Part shown: one piece after another, positions 23,701-36,200 of the stretch
Layout of the letters: each line of letters opens with the position of its first letter
Numbering within the stretch: the stretch's first letter is position 1
NCBI GenBank assembly: GCA_013265495.1
Contig: MU058718.1
Coordinates: 2,627,779-2,691,778, forward strand
Source of the DNA: Vicugna vicugna
Taxonomy: Eukaryota
Direction of reading: 5' to 3'
DNA length: 64,000 bases
Made by a program: the position numbers and the translations under genes
The notes under the pieces: generated by a model
Told to the model about the DNA's origin: nothing
Seen by the model: the letters and a program-made list of their open reading frames with translations, nothing else
The model's database searches: none

Positions 23701-26700
23701 TTCACTGCATTTCTGAACTTGCCTCTGATGAGGTGGTAGTGGTGGAACTGAAAAAGAAATGGAATATGGGTTATAAGAGTATCTTAGGGAAATTTAAATT
23801 GGGACTTCTGCCTCCAAGAAACCTTGAAATCCCTGGGTTAATGGAAGCCCATGTGGATGTGCACCCTTGCCTGACACAGATGACTTCTAAATTTTCAAGT
23901 AAAATTATACTTAACCTTCAGGTCCTCCCATATAAACTGCCCACTTTTCCACAGGAGCCTAATCCTGCTTGTTTCTTGTACAGACTCCTCTCCCAGAGGC
24001 AGTACCAGGAGGCTTTGTTAGGCAAGCGAGGAGCTGCCATGACCTCAGGGACAGCCAGATGGCCCCTCAATGTTGGCTCGCACATCTGCTGGGCTTCTCA
24101 GAATGGGAGTCTGGGTTGGCAGTTGAATGAAGCAATTTCTGTGCAGAGTTTGAGAGGACTATCACAGACTCAACATTTTAAAAAAGACTTTGCCATTTAT
24201 TTGGCAATAAGGAAGGACAGGAGACCTCCCCGGCCAGGGGTCAGGTGACCACCATTCCTCAGTTCCTTAACCCATCAAACAGCAGACTTTCTTTTAAGAG
24301 TACAAAGAATTGCTTTGCAGTAAGACGCAGAGATGGGGGTAGGGGTGACGGCACCTCAGGTAGCAGAAAGATCTCATAGTCAAAGGAGGGGGGAGGATTT
24401 TGTTGTGTTGGCAAATTTCAGAAAGGCTTTTTCAAAAAGTACTGGTAACATCTGAGAGTCAGTTTTTGCCCAGTGGGATATTAAGAACCTACTTTGCTGA
24501 GACTAACATCTGTCCTCTAATCACTAAAGGGGCTGATATTTCCACAAAATGGCTTTTGTTTTTACCACCAACAAAAAAAAGTGCTTACTGAGAGCTTACA
24601 GTATACTAATTACTGGTTAGGATACTTCCTAAGCATTCATGGCATACATTTTTATAGCAGCCACATGAAGTAGATACTGTTACCTTCATGTGGCAATTGA
24701 GGAGACAAAGGCATATGGAGGTTAAGTACCAACGTCACATAGCTAGTAAGTGGCCAAGCCTGGTAATGGCCCCAGGAAATTGGCCTCCATCACCCACACA
24801 CCTAACCACTGTGCACAGATGCCCATAAATCCACACCTTGCAGGGTTGTTTGCTGTAGCCACACATGAGTGAGGGAGCTGAGTGTGAACTTGGGGGTCAT
24901 GCAAGCTGTCCTGATTCTTCTAATTCTGTGTTCTGTCACCAAGGGCTCCATCGTTGTGGGAATTGACTATGACTGCCGGGAGAGGATGGTGTACTGGACG
25001 GACGTTGCTGGACGGACAATTAGCCGTGCCAGTTTGGAAGCAGGAGCGGAACCCGAGACCATCATTAACTCAGGTCAGCAGCTTCACCCTGAGGACACTT
25101 CCTGTTTCATTTCATTCTATGAAGTCCAAGTTATTTGCCTGTTTTATGCCAAAGTCTATTTTTATCCAGTGGGGCAGTTCTGTGCAAGTCACTTTACTGA
25201 GCTGTACAATCTCTAAACCTGCACACTCACACGTGAACAGGAAGGCAAGCCTTCTTGATGGGGCTCTCGGTACAAAGGGCTCGCTGTAGGAATTCAGGGT
25301 GTGGCCATGGCTGATGCTGCCTGTCACTCCCCCCGCCCAGTGCCCTCAGGCTGGTAGTCTGGTTAGACTGGAGGAAACGAGAGCTGGCAGAAAAAGTAAT
25401 AAAGGATCTGCTCCCCTACTGACCTGGTTTCTGCAACTTAAGGACTCGCAGAACTCTTTCTTTCCTTTTCCAACCGTTCAGAGTTGGTCTCTGCTTCTGG
25501 CTCACCTTTCACAGCTGCCAGTGCTCTAGTCCTGCCTTTGTTATATTTCCAGGTCTGATGAGCCCCGAAGGACTTGCCATCGACCACTTCCGTAGAACGA
25601 TGTACTGGACGGACAGCGGCCTGGATAAGATAGAGAGGGCCAAGCTGGACGGCTCTGAGCGCAGGGCCCTTTTCCACACGGACCTGGTGAACCCCCGCGC
25701 CATCGCTGTGGATCCAATCCGAGGGTCGGCTGGGCTTCCCTCATTCTCCTATTACCTGTAGATCCTCATTTGAAGCCCTCGGATTCTAAGTACAGTGTAG
25801 GGAGGGTCAGAAGGGGAGCATACAAGTTCAGATGTGTTAATGACAGTATTTACTGAGGAACTACTAGGTGTCAGGCACCGTTCTGGGCAGACACGGTGTG
25901 TTCTTTCATGGCGCTTATGTTCTACTAGGAGGAAACAAGATAGTAAACCCATGAATATGCAAGGAACTTCATGAAGCCTATGTTGTGATGTGCAGAGAAT
26001 TCAGAGTATGTGAGGGACTGGGGGCTACTCTGGATCAGATGACCAGGCAAGGCCCGAGACAACAGTGAAAGTGGAATTGAGTGCGTCTCTCTGCTTCAGC
26101 AGCAGGAAATCCCAGTGTTAGAATCTCAGTAAGGTTACCCTGCCTTAAACAGTGACTGAGTAACCAAAACTCAGACATCAGGCGTGTCATTTCTCTGGCC
26201 TTGTTGTTGCTGTGGCAACAGTCCAGAGAACAATGTTTCCTGTTTGGTAACTGCTGAGATCAGCTGGGACATAGAGCTTGGTCAGTGTTTCAGTACTTGT
26301 TAGAACCAGGGAGGATGTCTATACTTTGAGAAACTCGTGTCATATTTAATGGGGTTTCTAGCAAATGAAATTCCAGAGACACCCTTCATATCCATAAAGA
26401 TAATCTTCAGCTTAAATTCTCAGCAAAGTGGTTTTGACTCAGAAATACTTAGGGAAGAGCCTCAAAGATGGTTCTGAAATTGGGTTCTATACATTGAGGA
26501 AGGTGTTTATCTTTCTGTTCCATTTATCCACAGCAACTTGTACTGGACAGACTGGAACCGAGAAGCTCCTAAAATTGAAATGTCGTCTTTAGATGGAGAA
26601 AACAGAAGAATTCTAGTGAATAAAGACATTGGACTGCCCAATGGTTTAACCTTTGACCCCTTCTCCAAACTGCTCTGCTGGGCAGATGCAGGTAACATAC

Positions 26701-29133
26701 TGCTGGCATGCAGATACAGAAGACTGCAGTGTTCGTGAGTACGAGCACTCTAACAGATCTTACAGTAACCAAATCCTCCATTTAGAACTTTTGGCTTAAA
26801 ACAGTATAGCAAATAATCTACTTTGTTCGGTATGTAAACTTTTAAAGAACACTTTATAATGATTCTCAAAGAACTTCCTGAGGTTTTGGGTGTATGTGTG
26901 TGAACCAGGTGGTGAGTTTGAGGGCCAGGCCTATGTCCAGTTCTTTTTTTGTACTGCTTGCCCTTCCCCTACACGAGCATTTGGCCTACTTTTTAGGTTA
27001 AAAAGTATCACCCACTGTTGGAACGGACAAGCTTAGATAAAGTAACAAGGGTTATTTTTTTTTTTTTGCCAGTATTGTAACATTTATAAATGTTATTTTA
27101 ACAGACAGTAAGCTGTTATGCTGAGGACATTCTTTGATAAGTGATGTGGCAGGGTGGCTTCCTTCAGTAATAAACTAGGGTTGCCATTTCCCAAGTTGTC
27201 TTTCTGTTGTGTGATTTTATTATGAGCACAGCTGAACAGATGCTATGTTTAGGTATTTACTCAAGAATATGGAAAAGGCCGTTCTTAAAAAATTTACACG
27301 TAGTACAATGGATGATGATGTGGATGGGTCACTATTATAACCCAGCTGCCCAAAACAACAGTTACATTTTAAAAAGTATTTGAAATTTAAATCAGGGTTT
27401 CATGAGACATGTGAACTTGTATATTCTTGACTTGTTTAACCAATGCAAAATTTACACTGAAAAGGATGAGCCATGACCATTTTACTTCTTAGTCCTACCT
27501 AGAAATCATATACTCTTTAAAAAAAGTTTAAGGATTTTAGTTAAAAAGCAGCCATGACTATTATTATATACTGCTTACAAAGGGCAAGTACTTACCCAAG
27601 GGTTATGTTTATAGTTTATGTGCTAACACTTGAAATTACATCAATGATAAAAAAAAAAAGTTAATCTCTGAAGTTCTACTTTGGGAGAAACTTAGTCAGA
27701 CTTGTATAAATGCAAACCTTTCTTCCAAAAAAGGCTTAAAAGTTTAAATTCCATTAAAAACTAGAAGGCTATTAAACTGAAGACTGGTAATAGAACAGGA
27801 AAACGTATTACTGCACTAGGAATAAAATATTTTTGGTAAAGGAATAAAGGATTTTTTTCCTCATGGTATGAAAGGATCTTTCCCCTCTTTGATGTTTTAA
27901 AAGGAACTAAAAAACTGGAGTGCACACTACCTGACGGAACTGGACGGCGTGTCATTCAAAACAACCTCAACTACCCCTTCAGCATCGTCAGCTACGCAGA
28001 CCACTTCTACCACACCGACTGGAGAAGGTGAGCCTGACACACTGTGGTCAAGCCTGAAAAGGCAAACTGTTCTGGAGGACACACCACTTGTACCAAATGT
28101 CAGTAAGTGACTTTAGTAATTAAGCCCTCTGCTGACGTTTTCATTTCATTCTCTTTGTTAGTGCCATGAGGTAGCTTAGTTACATGATTTAAATTGATTT
28201 TTTAAAATAATGACATTTAGACAAATTAGTTTTCCCATAGGGAGAATGAAAAATACCATAACTTAGACTAGGAGCTGGGAAATAGATGTCTGCCCTTCTA
28301 GCCCATCGCCAAGTATTTTGACTTACCGGATCTGGCATGAGGCCCAGGCATCAGTATTTTAACAGATCCTCAAATAATTCCAGTGTGTAGCTGGGGTTGA
28401 GAACACTGATTTGGACCAGTGGTTCTCAAATTTTGGCGTGGCATCAGAATTATCCCAAGCTCTTGTTAAAACCATATTGATGGGTCCCACTCTAGAGTCT
28501 GACTCAGTAGGTCTGAAGTGAAGCCCAAGAATTTGCATTGCTGACAAGTTACCAGATGACTCTGGCTTGAGGACCACTTTGAGAACCACTAATACAGACA
28601 AATCTTCCGAATCTGATTCAAAACTCATTGGTTAATTTTAAAAATAGACTCTAGAAGTTTTGCAGAGATTCTATTGATAAACTGACTTTTTCTATTCAAC
28701 CTGAAATCCTATGAATCCACGCTTCCTTTCTGTTACCAGGGATGGTGTTATATCAGTAAATAGAGACAGTGGCCAGTTTATGGATGAGTATCTCCCAGAG
28801 CAGCGATCTCATCTCTACGGGATAACTGCAGTCTACCCCTACTGCCCAACAGGTAAATGAATGTGCGCAGGCTGCTCCTTTGGGTCAGTTGGGTGGAGGA
28901 TAGATCGGGTAACTGATTACTCTTAGCCTGATGCTGCTACCACCAGTGAGAGCCACTGAGAGCTAAACAAGCTAGTGGCCAACAAATGGGGGTGACCAGT
29001 CTACTGCTCTGAGTCTTCCTAGCTTAACTAAACATACAAAAAAGGCCAGCCTATTAGGCTATCTCCCCTTTTTAAAAGACTTGCAATTTGGTTATAAAAT
29101 ATGCTGTCCCCTCCCCCTACAGGAAGAAAGTAA
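8628..29133 (+). CDS. NID2: Nidogen-2, 3' part of the spliced CDS (13 exons, 1868 nt, ~622 C-terminal aa; 5' exons lie upstream of the window)
   Basis: Joined exons give one open frame from [15 protein letters not shown] to YPYCPTGRK*, with 4 EGF, 2 thyroglobulin-1 (QC..CWCV) and YWTD propeller repeats. All introns are GT-AG with consistent phases. It matches the recalled nidogen-2 C-terminus and sits next to RTRAF, as in human. Confidence 0.98.
9431..9559 (+). CDS. NID2: NID2 exon, calcium-binding EGF ([43 protein letters not shown])
   Basis: cccctttag| acceptor, T|gtgagt donor; 129 nt, phase 1-1; D-x-N-E-C and C-x-N-x-x-G-S-Y-x-C consensus. Confidence 0.97.
10290..10440. mobile_element. 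MER5-like hAT fossil
   Basis: gggaatttgttaaaatgctgattctgattcattggctctgggccagggcctgagaacctgcatt. Confidence 0.6.
10504..10647 (+). CDS. NID2: NID2 exon, EGF-like ([23 protein letters not shown]...GDGHQCT)
   Basis: ccttttcag| acceptor, G|gtgagt donor; 144 nt, phase 1-1. Confidence 0.97.
12669..13134 (-). mobile_element. MaLR solo LTR (MLT1-type)
   Basis: tgtattagtaatctgttgctgtataac...ttacccccaaaatgtagcagctt...ttggcaggattcagttcc...ttggggtcatcttgga. Confidence 0.75.
14828..15480 (+). mobile_element. L1 3' end (cetartiodactyl type) split by a ~220-bp non-L1 insert
   Basis: atttgcaacaacatggatggacctcgagattatcatactaagtga (14830); resumes tatcacttatgtgga...aacttatggttaccaaaggggaaagg...tatacttcaatttaaaa. 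Confidence 0.85.
16647..16668. repeat. (TG)11 microsatellite
   Basis: Direct reading. Confidence 0.95.
17454..17573 (+). CDS. NID2: NID2 exon, calcium-binding EGF ([40 protein letters not shown])
   Basis: Long pyrimidine tract then ctgcag|, G|gtaagg donor; 120 nt, phase 1-1. Confidence 0.97.
18106..18336 (+). CDS. NID2: NID2 exon, thyroglobulin type-1 domain 1
   Basis: [28 protein letters not shown] motif; acceptor cggaag| (first AG after the pyrimidine tract), G|gtgagc donor; 231 nt. Confidence 0.93.
20460..20775. mobile_element. LINE-2 fragment
   Basis: tattttgaaggcagagctgacag...gtgagagaaaga...tgagcaatggaaagatggaggtgctgcttactgagatggaag...acatccaagtgg. Confidence 0.65.
21066..21116. repeat. 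26-bp tandem duplication (aggatgctggagaaaggatgtgggca x2)
   Basis: Direct reading. Confidence 0.9.
21802..22023 (+). CDS. NID2: NID2 exon, thyroglobulin type-1 domain 2
   Basis: [58 protein letters not shown]; ctgctcag| acceptor, T|gtaagc donor; 222 nt (this frame is not in the ORF track). Confidence 0.96.
22620..22789 (+). CDS. NID2: NID2 exon, Pro/Thr linker and start of G3 domain
   Basis: [56 protein letters not shown]; ctgcag| acceptor, CAT|gtaaag donor; 170 nt, phase 1-0. Confidence 0.96.
24944..25073 (+). CDS. NID2: NID2 exon, YWTD propeller repeat
   Basis: [43 protein letters not shown]; accaag| acceptor, G|gtcagc donor; 130 nt. Confidence 0.96.
25553..25724 (+). CDS. NID2: NID2 exon, YWTD propeller repeat
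   Basis: [56 protein letters not shown]; tttccag| acceptor, GG|gtcggc donor; 172 nt. Confidence 0.95.
26534..26691 (+). CDS. NID2: NID2 exon, YWTD propeller repeat
   Basis: [52 protein letters not shown]; ccacag| acceptor, G|gtaaca donor; 158 nt. Confidence 0.97.
27904..28027 (+). CDS. NID2: NID2 exon, propeller ([40 protein letters not shown])
   Basis: ttttaaaag| acceptor, AG|gtgagc donor; 124 nt, phases fit neighbouring exons. Confidence 0.96.
28417..28591. mobile_element. MER5A-like hAT-Charlie MITE (a second partial MER5 lies at ~28330-28410)
   Basis: Terminal inverted repeats cagtggttctcaaa ... tttgagaaccact; internal gactcagtaggtctg...cccaagaatttgcatt. Confidence 0.85.
28740..28852 (+). 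CDS. NID2: NID2 penultimate exon ([37 protein letters not shown])
   Basis: gttaccag| acceptor, G|gtaaat donor; 113 nt. Confidence 0.96.
29123..29133 (+). CDS. NID2: NID2 last exon, coding part (G-R-K-stop)
   Basis: cccctacag|GA AGA AAG TAA; completes the C-terminus TGRK. Confidence 0.93.
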
Positions 29134-29835
29134 ATATGGCCTTGTAAAGGACTTGGCGTTCACAATCAGGATCTGGACCCTAAAGAACATTTACTGCGAA
29201 CAAACGTGAAGAAAGTGAAAAAGGAATTGGCCATGAGAAGTTCCTGGATATACAATATGAACATTTTCAGTGCAAAAAGACTACATTTTGTGAAAAATTT
29301 ATACCTCAATCTTTACTACTGTATTTTTAAAAACAAGTTATTTCAAGTTTTAAAAAGGTAAGAGAATTTTAATTCAATGTTTATAAACACTTATATTCTA
29401 CTTAAACGGTCAAATTCATTCAACTAAGAACCAACCAGAACAAGTTAAGACCCTAAATCTGATTTTTGCTATCCATTCTTTCTGGCCAAGAAATTAAAGC
29501 ACATGTGATCAGTATAAAAATACACTCCTAAAGATCCTAAACCTTGATGTAGGTAGAGAAGGCTATGCAGAACTGATTGGGAAAGAACCAACTTATTTAT
29601 AGTTTCCCAACAAAGGTTCTAAGTTTTTTTTTTTTTTACCTCTGCATCAGTGTGCATTTCTATTTATATCAAAAGGTGCTAGAATATTTCAATTTGTATT
29701 TCTGATCCTGTAAGTCCCTCTATAGAATTACCCACAGACATTACTACATTTATATATATATACATAAATACCAAAGATGTAACAATTCTCAAATTTTCTA
29801 GATTACACCAATAAAATATTTTAAGTTTTCCTGTG
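29134..29835 (+). other. NID2: NID2 3' UTR (end approximate)
   Basis: AT-rich, repeat-free sequence after the stop; possible proximal ATTAAA at 29493-29498, AATAAA at 29810-29815. Confidence 0.7.
29810..29815 (+). terminator. NID2 polyadenylation signal AATAAA
   Basis: AATAAA followed by U/GU-rich sequence (ttttcctgtg...tctgtattgtct). Confidence 0.7.
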
Positions 29836-29967
29836 ACTTGAAGATCTGTATTGTCTATAACAAAGTTGAGGGAGGTGGCATGCACCTAAATGACAAGGGA
29901 GGAAGCAGATTAATTATAGATACTTATAGATACATAACACAGTCAAAAAAAATTCACTTGCCCCAAC

Positions 29968-29973
29968 TTTATT
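29968..29973 (-). terminator. RTRAF polyadenylation signal AATAAA
   Basis: tttatt on +, ~150 nt past the RTRAF stop; the minus strand continues with a U-rich/GU element (ttttttttgactgtgttatg). Confidence 0.8.
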
Positions 29974-30120
29974 AAAGAAAAAGCAGTGATGGTAAATCTC
30001 TAGAACATAGTCAGTTTTCTGGGACTCGTCCCTCGAAAACATGACATTTCCAAACACATGCCCGAGTGTACGTGGTTCCCAACTGTACTAAGTAGGTGAG
30101 AAGCTGAAATCCTAAAATGT

Positions 30121-30275
30121 TCATCTTCCAACCTTCCCCAGTCTGTGGTCTGTCTTTGGATCAGCAATAATCGCCTGAACGGCTACTATGGCCTCGTTAA
30201 TTTTTGTCTGTAGCTCTCTGAGCTCTTCTATATGCAGCAACCGCAGAATCTGAGCAGCTTCGTTAAGAACTGCAT
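30121..30275 (-). CDS. RTRAF: RTRAF exon 8, coding part (DAVLNEAAQILRLLHIEELRELQTKINEAIVAVQAIIADPKTDHRLGKVGR*)
   Basis: aaacag| acceptor; TGA at 30123-30121. Confidence 0.97.
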
Positions 30276-33200
30276 CTGTTTCATAAGAAACACCGCATTT
30301 ATCAGTAACTTCTATATTTAAAGATCATTCATTCCCTCATTTCCTCCAAATAGTATGAATTAAAATCACTTACCTCCTGTGTCAAAACCAAGAATATGTT
30401 TGTCTAAAGCAACAGGCAAACCCTTGGGGGGGGGGAAAGGACACAATGAGACTTCAGTTAAGACCCACATTTTCTTCCCTCAAAGTGAAAAGCAGCTAGT
30501 TACTGTTATTTTAACCCTTTCAGCTGCAGTGGCAAGATGCCTGAGAATTTTTCTCTTTAAATTTGCCTTTTAATGAGCAAGTTTTTTCCTACTACAACTA
30601 CTTAGGAAAGAATGGCCTTTACATCCAGTGGGAAAGCAGTTCCATAACCAATCCAATCCTTGTATAAATGACAGTCCCTTTCTGCAGCAGTGCTGTCACT
30701 ACTGCTATGGAAGGAAGGCTGAGCATGGCTGCTGTCACCCCATTTTAGTGTAGTAAGCAGCAGTGCGCAGGGCCAAGAGGGCTACTTAGCTTTTGCTCAA
30801 ACAAGTTTATTTCTGAGCACACTAATCTGTCTTTATGAATTGTACAAATCTAAAATATACATAACTATTTTTTTCTACCAGCATGATACTTACCAGGTTA
30901 TCTATATATAATTTAACTTTCAATATTTCATTTAAAGTTACTTTGAAATGGTTTAGGAAAATGAACAGAATCTAAACCATTTCATTAACCAGTCACCACC
31001 TACATATAGATAGCCCAAAGATGGTGACTATGATGATGCCAAACTATACACAGTTCACAATAATTATCAAACAAAAAATGAGTAAAGGCAATCTAGACTT
31101 TCTGTTGATAATACTGTATAAATCATCACTAGGTAAAAAAGTCACTACACTTTCAATATTACAAATGCTAAATTGCCACTACTCAATTCTTGCCTGATCC
31201 ATTAATGCAAATCTATCCAGACTCCAAATGCTTTAAAATTACTAATGCGTTATATACGTGAAGAAACAAATGAGTATGAAAATTCAGTGAGTAAGAAACT
31301 AAACAGCAGAACTGTACTCAGTAGCTTTCTGTGTCATCCTGGGTCTGTTTTCCCTTTGTCTGCCAACAGACCATCTAGAACAGCTACCCCTGAAGATGAC
31401 CACAAGCCCCCAAAGGCTAGTTATGAATGATTACAAACAAGAACACTAAAACTACATAACTTTTTCCTTGTTATATTATAGCACAGTATCTTTTGAGATG
31501 ACATTTAAGGTAAGATTTATTTAGAGCACTGAAAATAAACTGAATTTTACTTTGTGAACAGGAGCAAAGAGATTTGGCTATGACCTCATCTGCCCTGCCT
31601 TCCAAACCAAAGGTATAGTTTTGCTGAATGACAAATGGATGATTTTATTATGCCAGAACAATTTACTGTCTGTTCTATAGTGTGGGTGAAATAAGCTGAT
31701 CTTTAATCCAATTTCCAGTGGCCTGATTCATACATAATTAATAAGCCAATAACAACTTTTAAAAGAAACTGAGTATCTTTCAAAAGGGACTACACTGCCC
31801 TGGCGTTAATAACCTTTTAACACTGTTGGGACAGAAGACACTGGGGAGCTAGAGAGCAGGGGGAGGCACAATAGAAGAAACATTCACTGAACATATAGCA
31901 GGTGGGGACACTTATCAGACGGCTGCAGCTGCTAACCCCTGAGGACTCGGCACCACCCCCCAGTCAATGAGACTTTAGGGGCATTTGGATTCCTGGTATA
32001 GTTCATCTAGAAATAACCCAGAATTATTAGCAACATACTTTCTCATGGTTTACGCTAAAAAACAGTAAAAATGAGAAGAAATTTCTCTGAAGAAACAAAA
32101 GGGTGAAGGTAAAGATTTAGGTAGAAAAAAAATAAAGAGAAGGTGCGTCCTATTTTCCAGCAATTAGTCAACATAACCCAGTAAATTTCACAAGGGTAAG
32201 TTCTTTTAAATAAACCTTAACTAGGCACATGCAGTGGTTTGTTCTGGCAGACTGGATGTACTGTTGGTAGCTTCTCTAAGGTAATGAAGTGAGATAAACA
32301 TGAAGTTCATTTTTCACTGAAAAATGACTGGATACAATTTGCCTAAGATTCCAATTCAATCCCACTAAAGTCAGTTATCCTTTCTCTGGGCAGTTCTAAT
32401 ACAGAATAGTTGTCTTAATATTCTCATGCAAAGTTTAACCTCATGACAACCAAAACAAACTTTCAGTAATAATTTAGAATTTATTTTAAAAATACATACC
32501 TCTTTTGTTTGATTTGCTTTAGCAACTGCATCCTGTGTCAGGCGCTCCTGGACCAAAATGCGAATTGCCTAAGAAACCAAAAAATATTATTTTTACTTTT
32601 TGTTGGCTGTCATCTTTTCTTCTGAGTCTACAGAATAAGATGCCCAATTTGATGAAATCAGAAAGGTCTCGTTCACCAACAAACTCCCTACTAAATTAAA
32701 AATAAAAATAGCTATTGTAATGAAAGTTTTCACTTTTAACATTTAATAATGTGGAATGATGTTCAAAACAATTACAAACATTTTTTGAATAGGTAATTTA
32801 TGTGTGTGGTTAAAAAAGGGTACCTGGTGAAAAAGTAGATCTTCTTTTACTCCAAGCCTCAGCCATCCCCTTCAGAAAGTAATTATTGCTACCAGACCCT
32901 TGTGAATCCTCACAAGGACGTACAAATTATAAGCATGCTCAGGGATACATGCACACTCACACAAAAGCAATCTTTGACACAGAGGGTGGCATATCACGCA
33001 CACTGTCCTTGCTTTCTTCACTTTATTACAGTAAGATGTTTTCAGATCTTACAGACCATATTGTTTTTTTCATTACCAAGGCATTTTATCATGGCATACC
33101 AAGTGGACACATGCACCTGCACATGCTAACACACTCAAAAAGATTTTTTAAAACGGATTTCTAATTAGTGGATGATAGAACCCCCCAAAAAGGGAAAACT

Positions 33201-36200
33201 TGAAAAATAATTTTTCATAATAAACACAAACCAAATGCTACTTTTGAAAAAAAATAATTAAACCAAGCTTTAACAGTGATTGCTAATGTATTAAAAATAG
33301 TCCAGTTAATGTACTCTCACATTTGGCAAACCTATGAAGATGTTTTTCATATTGCCATGCATTGCTTGAATGCTTCTTAAAATAACTCCAAAGGACAAAT
33401 GTGCCACTAGGATTAGAATTTTACAAAGCTTTTGATTGTAGTAGACTTATATTTTAGCACCCCAAATACGCTAACACCGTTTCTCCTCTCAGTTTATGAC
33501 TAAAACTGACATGACCACTGTAGAACTTTTCCAAAGCAATTTCTGTAAGTGCCTGAGTAAGGAACAAGCTAAATTTGAAAGAGCTAAATTTCACTGAAAA
33601 CAACTTTTGTCTCTTGGCATACAATCTGAGTTGAGAAAATCCAAGTTAACAATCATATTCAGTATAAAGAATTATAACTTATGAACAGAATAGTCTTTCC
33701 CTTGTTACAACTGTCATTTAATACATACAATTCTAAAAAGAATAAATTATGGTTTAATCTCTTGTGGAAAGTGAAAATTTTCAATATCCTGTAAGGCAGT
33801 TTAAAATAAAGCTCTTTAATTTCTCATAAAATAATTTCTAAAATAACCTCCAAGTCTGTTAAGTACCACTCCCCTGGTCCCTCTCCTAATACCACTAAAC
33901 TATTATAATCACCCAACATAAATCTTATGACTGTTTTTCCTCTCAGAAATAGAAGACCTCCTCCAGACCACTGGGGTTCCCTGATAAGAACTTAGTGGCC
34001 TATGTAGGATGTGGAACTGAAAACAAACTTTCATTACTCAAAGAGATTTGGGGGTATATGTTTTTGACCAAATTCACCACTACTAATTTGGCATTTTTCA
34101 CATTCTTAATGAATACAGACCATGAATCATTAAAAAGGATTGATTAAACAGAAGTGGGGTGATACAGGAAAAAGAATGGATCACAAGGTTGAGCGCCTAG
34201 ATTAAAATCCTGACTATAGTTTTCTGTATCATCTTGAACATTATCTGTTCGTTAAGTCTCAGTTTGTTCACATACATATTAAAAAAGTTACCTACCTCTG
34301 TTGGGAGGACTAAATGAGATCATCTTTGCAAAGGATTTAGCACAGTGGCAGGCACATAGTAAACACTCTTTGATATTAGTTAGGTATTAGGTAATCTAAA
34401 ACTGATAAATTCATGAAATATGCTTTATGTTCCACATTCCTCCACATTTTAGTCATTCAACCACAGATTTAAGTATCAGTTATTTTTAGAAAATGAAAGA
34501 GTTTTTAAAATTATATAGAGTTTCTGTCAAGAATCAAGAATATGAAGCTGACCTTAAGCATTACCAGATAATCGTCATGACGCTGAATCTGAAGAAGGTT
34601 AGCCAAAGCCATTACACCAGCCTTAAAGTCAGGATTATTTACTGTAAAAGATTAAAAATGGAAACTTACAGCTCTGCAAGCGTGTAATTACAGACACATA
34701 TATAAACATAAACTTAAAAAAAATTGATGAGATCAATGGTCTTTCTTCTAATTGACCAAACTGAGTAATCCAATAAATGACTAAATTAACTCACATGAGG
34801 TTTATCCTGTAACTTTTTCCACAAGGCCCATTTATCTAGCACTTATAATTAACATTTCTTCCCAATGCTATTAATTTTAATACATAAGATTCCCTTCAAT
34901 GGACAGTTTTCCCAAAACCTTTTCTCTAAGCAGCAGCTCTAGAGTGTCCAAGCAGCTTATTAATTCTTAAGGGTAACTCATAAATTATAGGTCACACTTA
35001 ATGAAAGAATATTTAACATATTATAATCTAAGTAATTAGAATCTTAATACTTTTAAAGGGAGAAAGAATTACTTACAGACATCTGGGATGTAAAATAATG
35101 AAAAATTTTACCACTTGTCTCATAGTGTCATTAAATTAGAAAAAATATTTTCTGCACCCAGGAAGGAAATCACCACCATGACTAAATACAAATCAAAACC
35201 CCCAAGTTACTATAAGAAGATCAAAGAATTTTAACATTCAGATATTCAACTAGAAGAGGAGGGAGAAAGCACATTGTAACTGACAATAAAAAACATCACA
35301 GAGCATAAAATACCAATACAAATACTGTCTGCATGAAACATTCTTATTTACTAAAACCAGGTAAACCCAGACTTCATTCGAGGAAGTAAAAAAACATTTA
35401 AGGAACCAAAAATGGTGGTGATCTTTTTTATACATTTATATACTTACCATCCAAATTGATTAATGGCTCTGCATTTTTAGCTGCATTGTCAGCATTTTTT
35501 GTATTATCAGGTGCCAAGTCCTTATATTTTTCAGCTGTAAAATAGGCAAAAATACAATTTGTAGAATTTCAACCTCCAAGGTAAAACAATGTTTATTTAC
35601 TGAATTCAACTGAGCCAAACTGGTTATAAGCATAAGACAACTCGTCCAATCAAAATTATGTTTTGCTATAAAAAAAATCTACTTGAAGACAATGACTGTA
35701 GCTTTTTGATTAAGCTAAAATGATTACTGGAATATTCAGCATATCTTTTCATTATCATTTCTTAAAACATTTCAAATATTTAAGTTTTAGTAGAGAGTCT
35801 GCTTTTCAGCTTCCTCTGAAACGTGGTAGGGCTAGAAGATTGGGAGGAGGGTAAGTATAGATTAGATGAGATTAAAACAAATTCCCTAAAAAGTAAATTT
35901 CTTCCCAAATCTTCTTTTGAATGCTGTATACAGAATCCAAAAACCCTGCTTTCTAAAAAAATCAGCACTTCAAACACAGCATCATATACAAACCTGAACT
36001 TATTTTACAGATTTAAAACGCAGAATTCCAAAAGTAGATTTTATTATTTTCACTTGAAAAATACTTAATATTTTAAAAGACTTCTACAAATAAAAATGTC
36101 TAGTAGTCATTCACTAAACTTAATGCCCAAGATGCCATCTTTGGCTATAGTGCTTGTATGATTTGCTAATTAAACAAAAAGGAAAATAAAAGCATTCAAA

